NCBI GenBank assembly: GCA_910586305.1
Contig: CAJUGS010000014.1
Span: 360 to 64,359, forward strand
Source: an uncultured Duncaniella sp.
GTDB taxonomy: Bacteria; Bacteroidota; Bacteroidia; Bacteroidales; Muribaculaceae
Direction: 5' to 3'
Length of the DNA: 64,000 bases
This document shows, one piece after another, positions 56,314-64,000 of this stretch. The translations under genes and the position numbers were made by a program. The notes under the pieces were generated by a model, which saw only the letters and a program-made list of their open reading frames with translations, was not told the origin of the DNA and searched no databases. Position 1 is the first letter of the stretch; the number at the start of each line of letters is the position of its first letter.

Positions 56314-57680
56314 CAGTTGTTTATTTTCAGACTCATACCGTTGAGTCGACGGTATAGGTCGAGAGCATACACGTCGGTCATGCCCGATATATGATCGAGC
56401 ACAGCCTGGATTTTACCATAGAGTGTGGGAGAGTCTATCTCGTATTGCTGAGGCACTTTGGCCAGAAGGAGTTTGGAATAGTTGAGCCCCGGGTTGCTGA
56501 CGGCTTTGACAAGCTCGTCGATGAGAAACGAGATGATGCGTGTGCCCGCAAGCTCAATCTCCACCACGTCGCCGTCACTGTAGATTTTTTTCCATGAAAG
56601 TGCCTCGCATCGCCGGTAGGCCTCGCGTTCGCGTTCCGGGATGTGGTTGATGAGCGCGCCTCGAAATGTGCCTGCAAGAATCTCTTCCTCGTGTTTGACG
56701 AATGTTTCGGCACACTTTTCAACGAGTAGCCCGACGATGCTCGACCGCAGATAGGCAATCTTCTCGTTGGCATCGTCTACGTAGCCCATCACTCTCTCTA
56801 TGTGGTTTCGGCGGGCTTCGTCGAAGTAGCTGAGCAGAAGTGGTATCACCTCTTCGGTAGAAAGGATTTTGAGTTTGTGGGCATCCTCGATGTCCATTAT
56901 CTCGTAGCAGATATCGTCGGCAGCCTCCACGAGGTAGACCAGCGGGTGGCGCGCATATCGAATGAGGCCGGCCGGAGAGTGGAGAGGCAGGAGGCCGAGT
57001 TCGTCGGCCACGCGTATGAAGCTTTCGCGCTCGCTGTCGAAGAATCCGAATTTGCCGTGTTCTCCGGCCAGTGAGGACTCGAATGGATATTTCACTATCG
57101 AAGCCAGGGTGGAGTAGGTCATTGCAAATCCTCCCTGACGGCGGCCGTTGAAGCGATGGGTGAGCAGACGGAAGGTGTTGGCGTTGCCTTCGAAATGTGT
57201 GAGGTCCTGCCACTGGGCTTCGGTGAGTTTCTCGCGCAGTTGACGTCCGGCGCCTTCACTGAAGTAGGTGGCTATGGCTTTCTCGCCCGAGTGGCCAAAC
57301 GGCGGATTGCCGAGATCGTGGGCCAGACATCCGGCAGCCACTATGTCGCCGATGCTGTCGAGACAAGCGGTCCATTTCTCACCTGCATGGTTTTCGCGCA
57401 GCCTGATAGCTGCCTCGGTAGCAAGCGAGCGTCCAACACACGCTACTTCAAGGCTATGGGTGAGGCGATTGTGTACGAAGATGCTCCCCGGGAGCGGGAA
57501 CACCTGGGTCTTGTTTTGCAGCCGTCGGAACGGAGAGGAGAAAATGAGGCGGTCGAAGTCGCGCTGGAAGTCGCTGCGGACCCCCTGCTTCGAGTCGTGG
57601 TAGTGTTCGAGACCAAATCTTTTGTCGCTCACCAACTTCGCCCACGACATCCGTGCTGTTGTGTCGGTATGTGCATTCAC
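56313..57680 (-). CDS. dgt: dGTP triphosphohydrolase-like HD-domain protein
   Basis: FQRDFDRLIFSSPFRRL, RLTHSLEV, HDLGNPPFGH; 455 aa. Its stop overlaps the TPM start (TGATG). Confidence 0.88.
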   Translation of the reverse strand: MNAHTDTTARMSWAKLVSDKRFGLEHYHDSKQGVRSDFQRDFDRLIFSSPFRRLQNKTQVFPLPGSIFVHNRLTHSLEVACVGRSLATEAAIRLRENHAGEKWTACLDSIGDIVAAGCLAHDLGNPPFGHSGEKAIATYFSEGAGRQLREKLTEAQWQDLTHFEGNANTFRLLTHRFNGRRQGGFAMTYSTLASIVKYPFESSLAGEHGKFGFFDSERESFIRVADELGLLPLHSPAGLIRYARHPLVYLVEAADDICYEIMDIEDAHKLKILSTEEVIPLLLSYFDEARRNHIERVMGYVDDANEKIAYLRSSIVGLLVEKCAETFVKHEEEILAGTFRGALINHIPEREREAYRRCEALSWKKIYSDGDVVEIELAGTRIISFLIDELVKAVSNPGLNYSKLLLAKVPQQYEIDSPTLYGKIQAVLDHISGMTDVYALDLYRRLNGMSLKINN

Positions 57681-57907
57681 TTTGCGAAGTTAACAAATTT
57701 CATTGGTAAATGGAAGAACGGAAGCATTATTTTATGTGAAGATGGTGGCTGGCCGAGGTTTGACTTTACACGTCGGATGGTGTCGGGATAGGCTCTTTCT
57801 GAGGCGGGCAGTTTCATGAGAGGTGTGGCGTTTTTTGCAAAGATACTGTCGGTAAGAGCATGGAAAGGTGCGATAATGTCGCGTTGCAAGTCAGTTTAAG
57901 CACGTAT

Positions 57908-57940
57908 TTTGTCGTTTTATGAGGAAATTGTCTAAATTTG
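57908..57940 (+). promoter_or_regulatory. Candidate trkAH promoter (TTTG-N21-TAAATTTG)
   Basis: TTTG at 57908-57911 and TAAATTTG at 57933-57940. ATG at 58001. Confidence 0.45.
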
Positions 57941-58000
57941 CGGGCCGAAAGACCAATTCGCGTGTTAATAATACGTAAACAGGTACAAAAGAGGTATAAG

Positions 58001-59335
58001 ATGAAGATTATAATTGCCGGTGACGGCGAGACCGGGTCACATATAGCCCGGACATTGTCCATCGAGAGCCAGGATGTGGTGCTTATGGGCAATAACAACG
58101 AGCATTTGGCCGAGCTTGATGCGGTGAGCAATTTCATAACATTCGAGGGAAGTGCCATTTCGAGAGCCAATCTGCTCCGTTGTGGAGCAGACAGAGCCGA
58201 CCTGTTTGTGGCCGTTACACCCGACGAGACTGTCAATATCCTTGCTTGCGAGATTGCCAAGGACTGTGGTACACGCCGATGTGTGGCGAGGGTGGACAAC
58301 CCGGAGTTGGATTCCGAGACTGACAAGAGTCTGTTCAGCCGTCTCGGTATCGACTTCACCATCTATCCCGAGAAGCTTGCGGCAGTGGAGATAAAGCATT
58401 TCATCGAACACAACTGGGTGAACGACTGGATTGAGCTCCATGGCGGGGCGCTGATGGTGACGGGTGTGAGAATGAACCCCGGAGGCTCGATGTGTGGCAG
58501 GCTCCTACGCGAGGTGCCCAGCAATCCACGCCGGTTCCATGTGGCGGCTATTAAGCGTGGCGACACTATTGTGATACCGCGTGGCGACGACCGTCTTCTC
58601 GAGGGTGACACCATATACTTCTCTGTACTCCCGACCGACTGCAACGCAATAGCTCCTTTGTGTGGCCGAAATCCGGCTGTGGTAAAGCGCATCATGATTT
58701 CCGGCGCCGGAAGGGTGACTGAGAATGTGCTTGAGCTCATTGCCCGAAGGTATAATGTGACGGTGATTGATCCCGACCGCGACAGATGCAATGTGATAGC
58801 GTCGAGGTTTCCTGATGTTGTGGCGGTCAATGCCCGCGCCAACGATATATCGACGCTTAAGGAAGAGGGGATAGAGAAGTGTGATATGTTTCTTGCTCTC
58901 ACCGGAAGTTCCGAGACCAATATAGTGTCGTGCATGGTGGCCCGCGAGCATGGTGTGAGAAAGACTGTGGCCCGCATCGAGGAACTACAGTATATGCCTG
59001 AGGCGGAAAGTCTTGCTATCGATAAGATTGTCAACAAGAAGCTGCTCAACGCTGGCAAGATACTCAGTGTGCTTCTCGACAGTGATGTGTCCACGGCCCA
59101 GTGTATGTCGCTCGGCGCTGTGGAGCTTACAGAGATTGTAGCCCGAGAGGGAGCACGCATCACTTCGGCGCCTGTGGCCGAACTGGGACTGCCGAGAGAT
59201 TTCACTGTGGCCGGCATCATACGCAACCACACCGGTATGCTTGTGGAAGGACGTACGATTATCGCTCCGGGCGATCATGTGCTGGTGTTCTATGCTCCGG
59301 GGGCTTTGAATAAAGTGACACGTTATTTCAGATAG
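58001..59335 (+). CDS. trkA: Trk potassium uptake system, NAD-binding subunit TrkA
   Basis: MKIIIAGDGETGSH and a second Rossmann motif IMISGAGRVT. Two RCK_N/RCK_C pairs. Start moved to ATG 58001. Confidence 0.92.
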   Translation: MKIIIAGDGETGSHIARTLSIESQDVVLMGNNNEHLAELDAVSNFITFEGSAISRANLLRCGADRADLFVAVTPDETVNILACEIAKDCGTRRCVARVDNPELDSETDKSLFSRLGIDFTIYPEKLAAVEIKHFIEHNWVNDWIELHGGALMVTGVRMNPGGSMCGRLLREVPSNPRRFHVAAIKRGDTIVIPRGDDRLLEGDTIYFSVLPTDCNAIAPLCGRNPAVVKRIMISGAGRVTENVLELIARRYNVTVIDPDRDRCNVIASRFPDVVAVNARANDISTLKEEGIEKCDMFLALTGSSETNIVSCMVAREHGVRKTVARIEELQYMPEAESLAIDKIVNKKLLNAGKILSVLLDSDVSTAQCMSLGAVELTEIVAREGARITSAPVAELGLPRDFTVAGIIRNHTGMLVEGRTIIAPGDHVLVFYAPGALNKVTRYFR

Positions 59336-59338
59336 ATC

Positions 59339-60802
59339 ATGGCACATTCCGTTAAAATAAGTTCGGTTGTGAGAATCATGGGCAGGCTGGTGCTTGTCGA
59401 AGCAATGCTCTTGCTTGTTCCTCTTGCTGTGTGCCTGGTCTATGGTGAGTCCGAATGGTTCGGATTTGCCGTAGCGGCGGTGGCTGCCACGATTACGGGC
59501 GGTATGGCCGAGTTGCTGACACGTCGTACTCCGGCCACTATACGAAGTCGCGAGGGATTCATCATCACGTCACTCATCTGGGTGGTGTTCGCATTGTTCG
59601 GTGTGATACCTTTCATGCTCAGTCGTGAGCCACTGGGCTTCACCGATGCTGTGTTCGAAGTGATTTCGGGACTCACCACCACCGGAGCGAGCATGATAGT
59701 CGATGTTGAGGCGCAGAGCCACGGGATACTCTTCTGGCGCGCGTTTACACAGTGGATAGGCGGTCTTGGCATAATTCTTTTCATGCTTGCCGTGCTTCCC
59801 GAGCTCAACAAGGCGTCTGGTATCTCCATGTTCCAGGCAGAGGCTACGGGCATCACTCACGACAAGTTGCATCCCCGCATCAGGCAGACTGCGTTGTCGG
59901 TGTGGGGTGTCTATTCGGTATTGACCGTTGTCTCGGTTTTGCTCCTGTGGGCCGGACCGATGAATCTGTTTGACAGTGTGTGTCAGACGTTTGCAGCTGT
60001 TGCTACAGGTGGCTTCACCACACGCAATGCAGGAGTGGGTTATTGGCATTCAGACTATGTATTGGTTGTGCTGACACTGGTGATGTTTGTTGCCGGATTG
60101 AATTTCATGATGATGTATGCCGCGGTGCGCGAGGGAGTGGGCCGCATTCTCCGTAACTCGGTGTTCAGATGTTTCTGTCTTGTCACAGTCTCGGCTTATT
60201 TTCTGCTGCTTGTGTCGGCTCTGATGCGTGGCGAGGCCGACAGTGTGGACCATATGGTGGTTTATCCGATGTTTCATGTCGTATCGGCCATTACATCTAC
60301 CGGTTTCTCCATCAGTGAGGCTGAAGGGTGGGGTGAGTTCGCTCTCTTTCTGACCATTCTGCTCATGATATGCGGTGCCTGCACCGGTTCGACCTCTGGT
60401 GGCATCAAGGTTGACCGTTTCATGGTGCTGAGAAGCCACTGTCTTAATGAGATAAGACGTACCGTGTTTCCGAAGCGTGCCTATGTGGTTCATCTTAACG
60501 GCAGTGCTCTGAGCGGACAGCTTGTGGCGCGTATCATGGCTTTCGTGACTCTCTATCTTCTTTCCATAGTCGTATTCACAGGGGTAGTCACGATGTTTGG
60601 CTATACCCTTGTAGATTCGCTTTTCATGGTTTGTTCGTGCATCGGGTGTAATGGTCTGGGTTATGGTGCGACTGGTGTCGAGGGGTCGTATGCATCGCTG
60701 CCCTATGCAGTGAAATGGGTGCTGACGGTGGTGATGCTCGCCGGACGTCTCGAACTCTTCACCTATCTCGTGCTGCTGTTGCCTTCGTTCTGGCGTAGGT
60801 AG
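59339..60802 (+). CDS. trkH: Trk potassium transporter membrane subunit TrkH
   Basis: 487 aa, polytopic. Selectivity-filter-like repeats (SGLTTTGAS, ATGGFTT, TSTGFS, TSGGIKV). Confidence 0.92.
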   Translation: MAHSVKISSVVRIMGRLVLVEAMLLLVPLAVCLVYGESEWFGFAVAAVAATITGGMAELLTRRTPATIRSREGFIITSLIWVVFALFGVIPFMLSREPLGFTDAVFEVISGLTTTGASMIVDVEAQSHGILFWRAFTQWIGGLGIILFMLAVLPELNKASGISMFQAEATGITHDKLHPRIRQTALSVWGVYSVLTVVSVLLLWAGPMNLFDSVCQTFAAVATGGFTTRNAGVGYWHSDYVLVVLTLVMFVAGLNFMMMYAAVREGVGRILRNSVFRCFCLVTVSAYFLLLVSALMRGEADSVDHMVVYPMFHVVSAITSTGFSISEAEGWGEFALFLTILLMICGACTGSTSGGIKVDRFMVLRSHCLNEIRRTVFPKRAYVVHLNGSALSGQLVARIMAFVTLYLLSIVVFTGVVTMFGYTLVDSLFMVCSCIGCNGLGYGATGVEGSYASLPYAVKWVLTVVMLAGRLELFTYLVLLLPSFWRR

Positions 60803-60832
60803 ATGGCGATGGGTTAAAAGGTAGATATACAG

Positions 60833-60890
60833 ACACCCCCGCGATGAGTCGCTATATGATGCCGACTGTATCGCGGGGGTGTGATTTTTG
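60833..60890 (+). terminator. Intrinsic terminator after trkH
   Basis: acacccccgcgat (60833-60845) pairs with atcgcgggggtgt (60870-60882): 13-bp stem plus an inner agtcg/cgact stem, followed by gaTTTTTg. Confidence 0.85.
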
Positions 60891-60910
60891 TAGCGGTTAC
60901 GGAGCCGTGA

Positions 60911-61912
60911 TTATTCGGCCTTTCCTGCAGAGCCGAGAACGGCTACAATCTTGTGCTTGTAAAGCTTCTCCATGTTATCGCGGGCCGGACCGAGGTATTT
61001 GCGGGGGTCGAATTCGGCGGGCTTCTCAGCGAGAACCTGACGAACGGCTGCTGTCATGGCGAGACGGCTGTCAGAGTCGATGTTGATCTTGCAGACATCC
61101 ATCTTTGCAGCTTTGCGGAGCTCTTCTTCAGGAATACCGATAGCGTCGGGGAGCTTGCCGCCAAATTTGTTGATGGTGTCAACCTCGTCCTGGGGAACGG
61201 AAGAAGATCCGTGGAGTACGATGGGGAGGTTGGGGAGCTTGTTCTGTACAGCCTCGAGAACGTCGAAGGCCAGAGGGGGAGGAACGAGACGGCCAGTCTT
61301 CGGATCGAGGGTGCACTGTTCGGGCTTGAACTTGTAGGCACCGTGGCTTGTACCGATGGAGATGGCGAGGGAGTCAACGCCTGTGCGGGTGGCGAAGTCG
61401 ATTACTTCCTCGGGGTCGGTGTAGGTGTGGTGGTCGGATGAAACCTCGTCTTCCACACCGGCGAGAACGCCGAGTTCGCCCTCTACGGTCACGTCATACT
61501 GATGTGCGTAGTCGCATACCTGCTTGGTGAGAGCCACATTCTCCTCGTAGGGGAGGTGTGAACCGTCGATCATGACAGAGGAGAAGCCGTGCTCGATGCA
61601 GTCCTTGCAGAGCTCGAAGCTGTCACCGTGGTCGAGGTGAAGCACGATTTCGGGATGCTCCCAGCCGAGGCTCTTGGCGTAGTCTACTGCGCCCTGGGCC
61701 ATATAGCGGAGAAGGATGGGGTTGGCGTAGTTGCGAGCGCCCTTCGATACCTGGAGGATGACGGGTGACTTCTCGTCGGCTGCGGCCTTGATGATGGCCT
61801 GGAGCTGCTCCATGTTGTTGAAGTTGAACGCGGGCACGGCATAACCGCCTTTGATAGCCTTGGCAAACATCTCTTTGGTGTTCACGAGGCCTAATTCCTT
61901 ATAACTTACCAT
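60911..61912 (-). CDS. fba: Class II fructose-1,6-bisphosphate aldolase
   Basis: VPAFNFNN, LHLDHG, HGSS, and other class II FBA motifs. Start set at ATG 61912 (MVSYKELGL...). A TACCTTTG box lies at 61964-61971 on the minus strand. Confidence 0.95.
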   Translation of the reverse strand: MVSYKELGLVNTKEMFAKAIKGGYAVPAFNFNNMEQLQAIIKAAADEKSPVILQVSKGARNYANPILLRYMAQGAVDYAKSLGWEHPEIVLHLDHGDSFELCKDCIEHGFSSVMIDGSHLPYEENVALTKQVCDYAHQYDVTVEGELGVLAGVEDEVSSDHHTYTDPEEVIDFATRTGVDSLAISIGTSHGAYKFKPEQCTLDPKTGRLVPPPLAFDVLEAVQNKLPNLPIVLHGSSSVPQDEVDTINKFGGKLPDAIGIPEEELRKAAKMDVCKINIDSDSRLAMTAAVRQVLAEKPAEFDPRKYLGPARDNMEKLYKHKIVAVLGSAGKAE

Positions 61913-62004
61913 TGTTATATAATTATTGTTTAGGGTTGACTTCGATAATAGAATTGTACCACGCAAAGGTAATGTTTTTTTTCATTTTTTGCAATTCTAT
62001 TTTC

Positions 62005-62035
62005 TTTGGTTTTGTGGGCGGATTGTTTACCTTTG
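62005..62035 (+). promoter_or_regulatory. Candidate promoter of the ABC ATPase gene (TTTG-N19-TACCTTTG)
   Basis: TTTG at 62005-62008 and TACCTTTG at 62028-62035. Confidence 0.45.
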
Positions 62036-62067
62036 TGTAAAAATTTAAAAAGATTGTTACAATAGGT

Positions 62068-63480
62068 ATGACACCATGCATCATTGAGTTTGTTTCGCCC
62101 GTATTGCGGTATGGAAATGTCACTATCCGCTCGGTCGAGGGTTGCGGCATAGTGGAAGGTGTGACGGTTGTGGCCGGCCCCAACGGTGCCGGAAAAACCA
62201 CGCTCGGCACTATCATTGAGAAAGGCCGGTATGCGTTTGGCAACCGTCTGCGTTTCAGTCGCGATGGAATGACGGTGAAGATGCTTAAATTTACGGATAT
62301 ACATTCTTTCACGGGTGTGGATGTCTTGAGGTTCGACCAGCGGTTGGAGTCATCGGAAAACGAGTTTGTCCCCACTGTGGGCGAGATTATGGGCTCAAGG
62401 CTTGACGATAAGCGCTGGGATGAGCTATGTGGCGCGCTGGCTCTGGATGACGTGGCCGGGAAAAAGATCAATTTCCTGTCGAGCGGGGAGTTGCGCAAGC
62501 TGCTGGTGATAAATGCGCTTATGTCGTCGCCCGACATTCTTGTGCTCGACAATCCATATATAGGTCTTGACGCGCCGTCGCGTGGCGAGCTTGACCTGGC
62601 ACTGCAGCGTCTCAAGGCCGGCGGAATGTCGATAGTGATGTTGCTGTGTGACAATGCGGAGATACCGTCATATGCGGATTCGGTGATATCTCTGACTGAT
62701 TGCGCCGTTGTCGGACAAATATTCGGCCGTGAGGCTGTCTCGAAACTCAGCGAGGAGACGTGCCGGTGGCCGGGAGAGATTCCTGAGCTTCCCGTGGCCG
62801 TGGCCGAGATTCCTCACCACGAGGTGGCTTTCTCTATTTCGCAGGGGGTACTCCGATATGGTGACCGCACTGTGTTGAGTGGATTCGACTGGGTGGTGAG
62901 ACGTGGCGAACGCTGGATGCTCACCGGCCCTAACGGAAGTGGAAAATCACTACTGCTAAGTATAGTGTGTGGCGATAATCCACAGGCGTTTTCCAACTGT
63001 GTGCATATTTTCGACCGTAGGCGCGGTAGCGGGGAGACTCTCTGGGACATAAAGGACAATATAGGCTATGTATGCCCCGAGATGCAGCTCTATTTCACGT
63101 CGCCTCTCACTGTCGAGGGGATTATCGTGGAGGGTATGCGTCCGATTTTAAAACGATATGGCCGTCCTACGGAGGCGGAACTGTCGGTGGCCGGACAATG
63201 GATGAAGCTGCTTGAAATCGACCATCTTGCCGGACGACGTTTCAGAGACCTATCGTCGGGCGAACAGCGCATGGTGCTTCTTGCCAGGGCGTTTGTGAGG
63301 CAGCCTGCACTCTTGGTGCTCGATGAGCCTTTTCAAGGTCTGGATGCCCACCGCAAGGAGCTTCTTCGAAGAGTGATCGACACTCTTCTCGACAATAGAG
63401 GAACGACACTTATATTTGTCACTCACTATCCCGACGAGCTTCCGCGCTCGGTAGACAAAGTGAAGAATATCCGTGGATGA
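62068..63480 (+). CDS. Tandem ABC ATPase without a membrane domain (ModF-like)
   Basis: Two cassettes. Cassette 1: GPNGAGKTTL, LSSGELRKL, LVLDNPYIGLD. Cassette 2: GPNGSGKSLL, LSSGEQRMV, LVLDEPFQGLD. There is no adjacent permease. Confidence 0.85.
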   Translation: MTPCIIEFVSPVLRYGNVTIRSVEGCGIVEGVTVVAGPNGAGKTTLGTIIEKGRYAFGNRLRFSRDGMTVKMLKFTDIHSFTGVDVLRFDQRLESSENEFVPTVGEIMGSRLDDKRWDELCGALALDDVAGKKINFLSSGELRKLLVINALMSSPDILVLDNPYIGLDAPSRGELDLALQRLKAGGMSIVMLLCDNAEIPSYADSVISLTDCAVVGQIFGREAVSKLSEETCRWPGEIPELPVAVAEIPHHEVAFSISQGVLRYGDRTVLSGFDWVVRRGERWMLTGPNGSGKSLLLSIVCGDNPQAFSNCVHIFDRRRGSGETLWDIKDNIGYVCPEMQLYFTSPLTVEGIIVEGMRPILKRYGRPTEAELSVAGQWMKLLEIDHLAGRRFRDLSSGEQRMVLLARAFVRQPALLVLDEPFQGLDAHRKELLRRVIDTLLDNRGTTLIFVTHYPDELPRSVDKVKNIRG

Positions 63481-63702
63481 GAGCCAAAAGTGTGTTATGG
63501 AAGTATGTTTTTGAACATATCGGGAGTGTCTGTTGTTTAGTGTTGTAAAAGCTAATGTCTAATCCCTCACTAAACTGTTTACGACAATGAAAACCAAAGA
63601 ACTTCTCCATCGACTCGGCGATCTTTATCGCGAGTCGGCACGTATGATCTACGAGAATCCACTCAATCATTGATATATCCGGCTTTGCCCGACGGTGAGG
63701 CC

Positions 63703-63737
63703 ATAAAAAGAAAGGAGACGGCCATATGGCCATCTCC
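63703..63737 (-). terminator. Intrinsic terminator for a minus-strand transcript entering from the right edge
   Basis: Near-palindrome ggagacggccatatggccatctcc (63714-63737). On the minus-strand RNA all 10 stem pairs form (one is G-U) around an AUAU loop, followed by UUUCUUUUUAU (the complement of 63703-63713). On the plus strand the same position is an A-C mismatch and there is no U tract. Confidence 0.5.
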
Positions 63738-64000
63738 TAAAATCAGTCTTATACCGCTTCGTCCGTCTCTAACAAAGAGACCGGCGAGGCGATTATTTTA
63801 CCGTCTGTCATCGCCTTGCTGAGAGAAGAGAGTCTGTGCTTTTTATGTCGATTATTGTATGGTTGATATTCCGGGGCAATATGCCCGGGCGTCGACAGCC
63901 ATTAGCGTAAAACTCAAGAATGACTTATGTATGTAGAATCGTTAGGACTGTATGGGCTACTCGAGCCCATGCCGTTTGTAAAAGCAATACAAAGATGAGG

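Noticed and set aside
63587-63673. 28-codon plus-strand ORF MKTKELLHRLGDLYRESARMIYENPLNH downstream of the ABC ATPase
   Set aside because: It is too short, with no recognisable family and no promoter box. It may be a gene remnant.
63800-63900. TPP-riboswitch-like fragments on the plus strand: a stem followed by gCUGAGAg (63820-63827), and uUGAU-ccgggg-CAAUAU-gcccgg-GCG (63863-63891)
   Set aside because: Only two of the conserved THI-box blocks are present. The GGGGUGC/ACCC P2 pairing and the AGGGA 3' block are absent, and an unexpected ~35-nt insert separates the halves. An Infernal scan with RF00059 would settle it.
1-64000. Scan for CRISPR arrays, rRNA and tRNA genes, integrases or recombinases, and toxin-antitoxin pairs
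   Set aside because: No regularly spaced direct repeats, no cloverleaf-like or rRNA-like stretches in the intergenic regions, and no tyrosine/serine recombinase ORFs were seen. The only mobile-element signatures are the decayed IS fragments at 1-2580 and the 161-bp inverted-repeat element.

Overview
64-kb chromosomal segment that looks like a Bacteroidota genome, probably Bacteroidales, at roughly 50% GC by eye. The phylum call is an inference from SusC/SusD PUL architecture, a hybrid two-component regulator, TTTG/TAnnTTTG promoter boxes, a T9SS C-terminal sorting domain, ddh, and the trpBEGDCFA gene order.

Left to right:
1. About 2.6 kb of decayed insertion sequences: IS4-, IS630- and IS66-family fragments, all truncated or frameshifted.
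2. A polysaccharide-utilisation locus of about 19 kb: HTCS regulator, GH43+CBM6, SusC/SusD, an IPT/TIG surface lipoprotein, BACON-GH5, two more GH43s, and a DUF5060/DUF4038-type hydrolase.
3. A 161-bp nested inverted-repeat element, then a two-gene unit encoding a small T9SS-CTD protein and a secreted coiled-coil protein.
4. Housekeeping blocks:
- nhaC
- purH-mreB-mreC-mreD-mrdA-rodA
- a trpBEGDCFA operon preceded by a Trp-codon leader peptide plus an intrinsic terminator (a classical attenuator)
- an orphan GH28
- a PurF-like gene lacking the N-terminal catalytic Cys
- pta-ackA
- ddh
- dgt-TPM-alanine:cation symporter
- trkAH
- fba
- a ModF-like tandem ABC ATPase

The stand-out is a tight three-gene minus-strand operon (42056-50093) wedged between the PurF-like gene and pta. 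It encodes:
- an exported, TM-anchored vWA-MIDAS protein;
- a 927-aa divergent tubulin/FtsZ-like GTPase with intact T1/T3/T4 loops;
- a 1113-aa protein with a fully intact papain-like (C1) catalytic set, coiled coils and a TM hairpin. Its termini resemble, by eye, a degenerate copy of the tubulin-like neighbour.

I cannot assign this operon to any characterised cytoskeletal or defence system. No rRNA, tRNA or CRISPR array was seen. All calls come from reading the translations and sequence only; no database search was possible.
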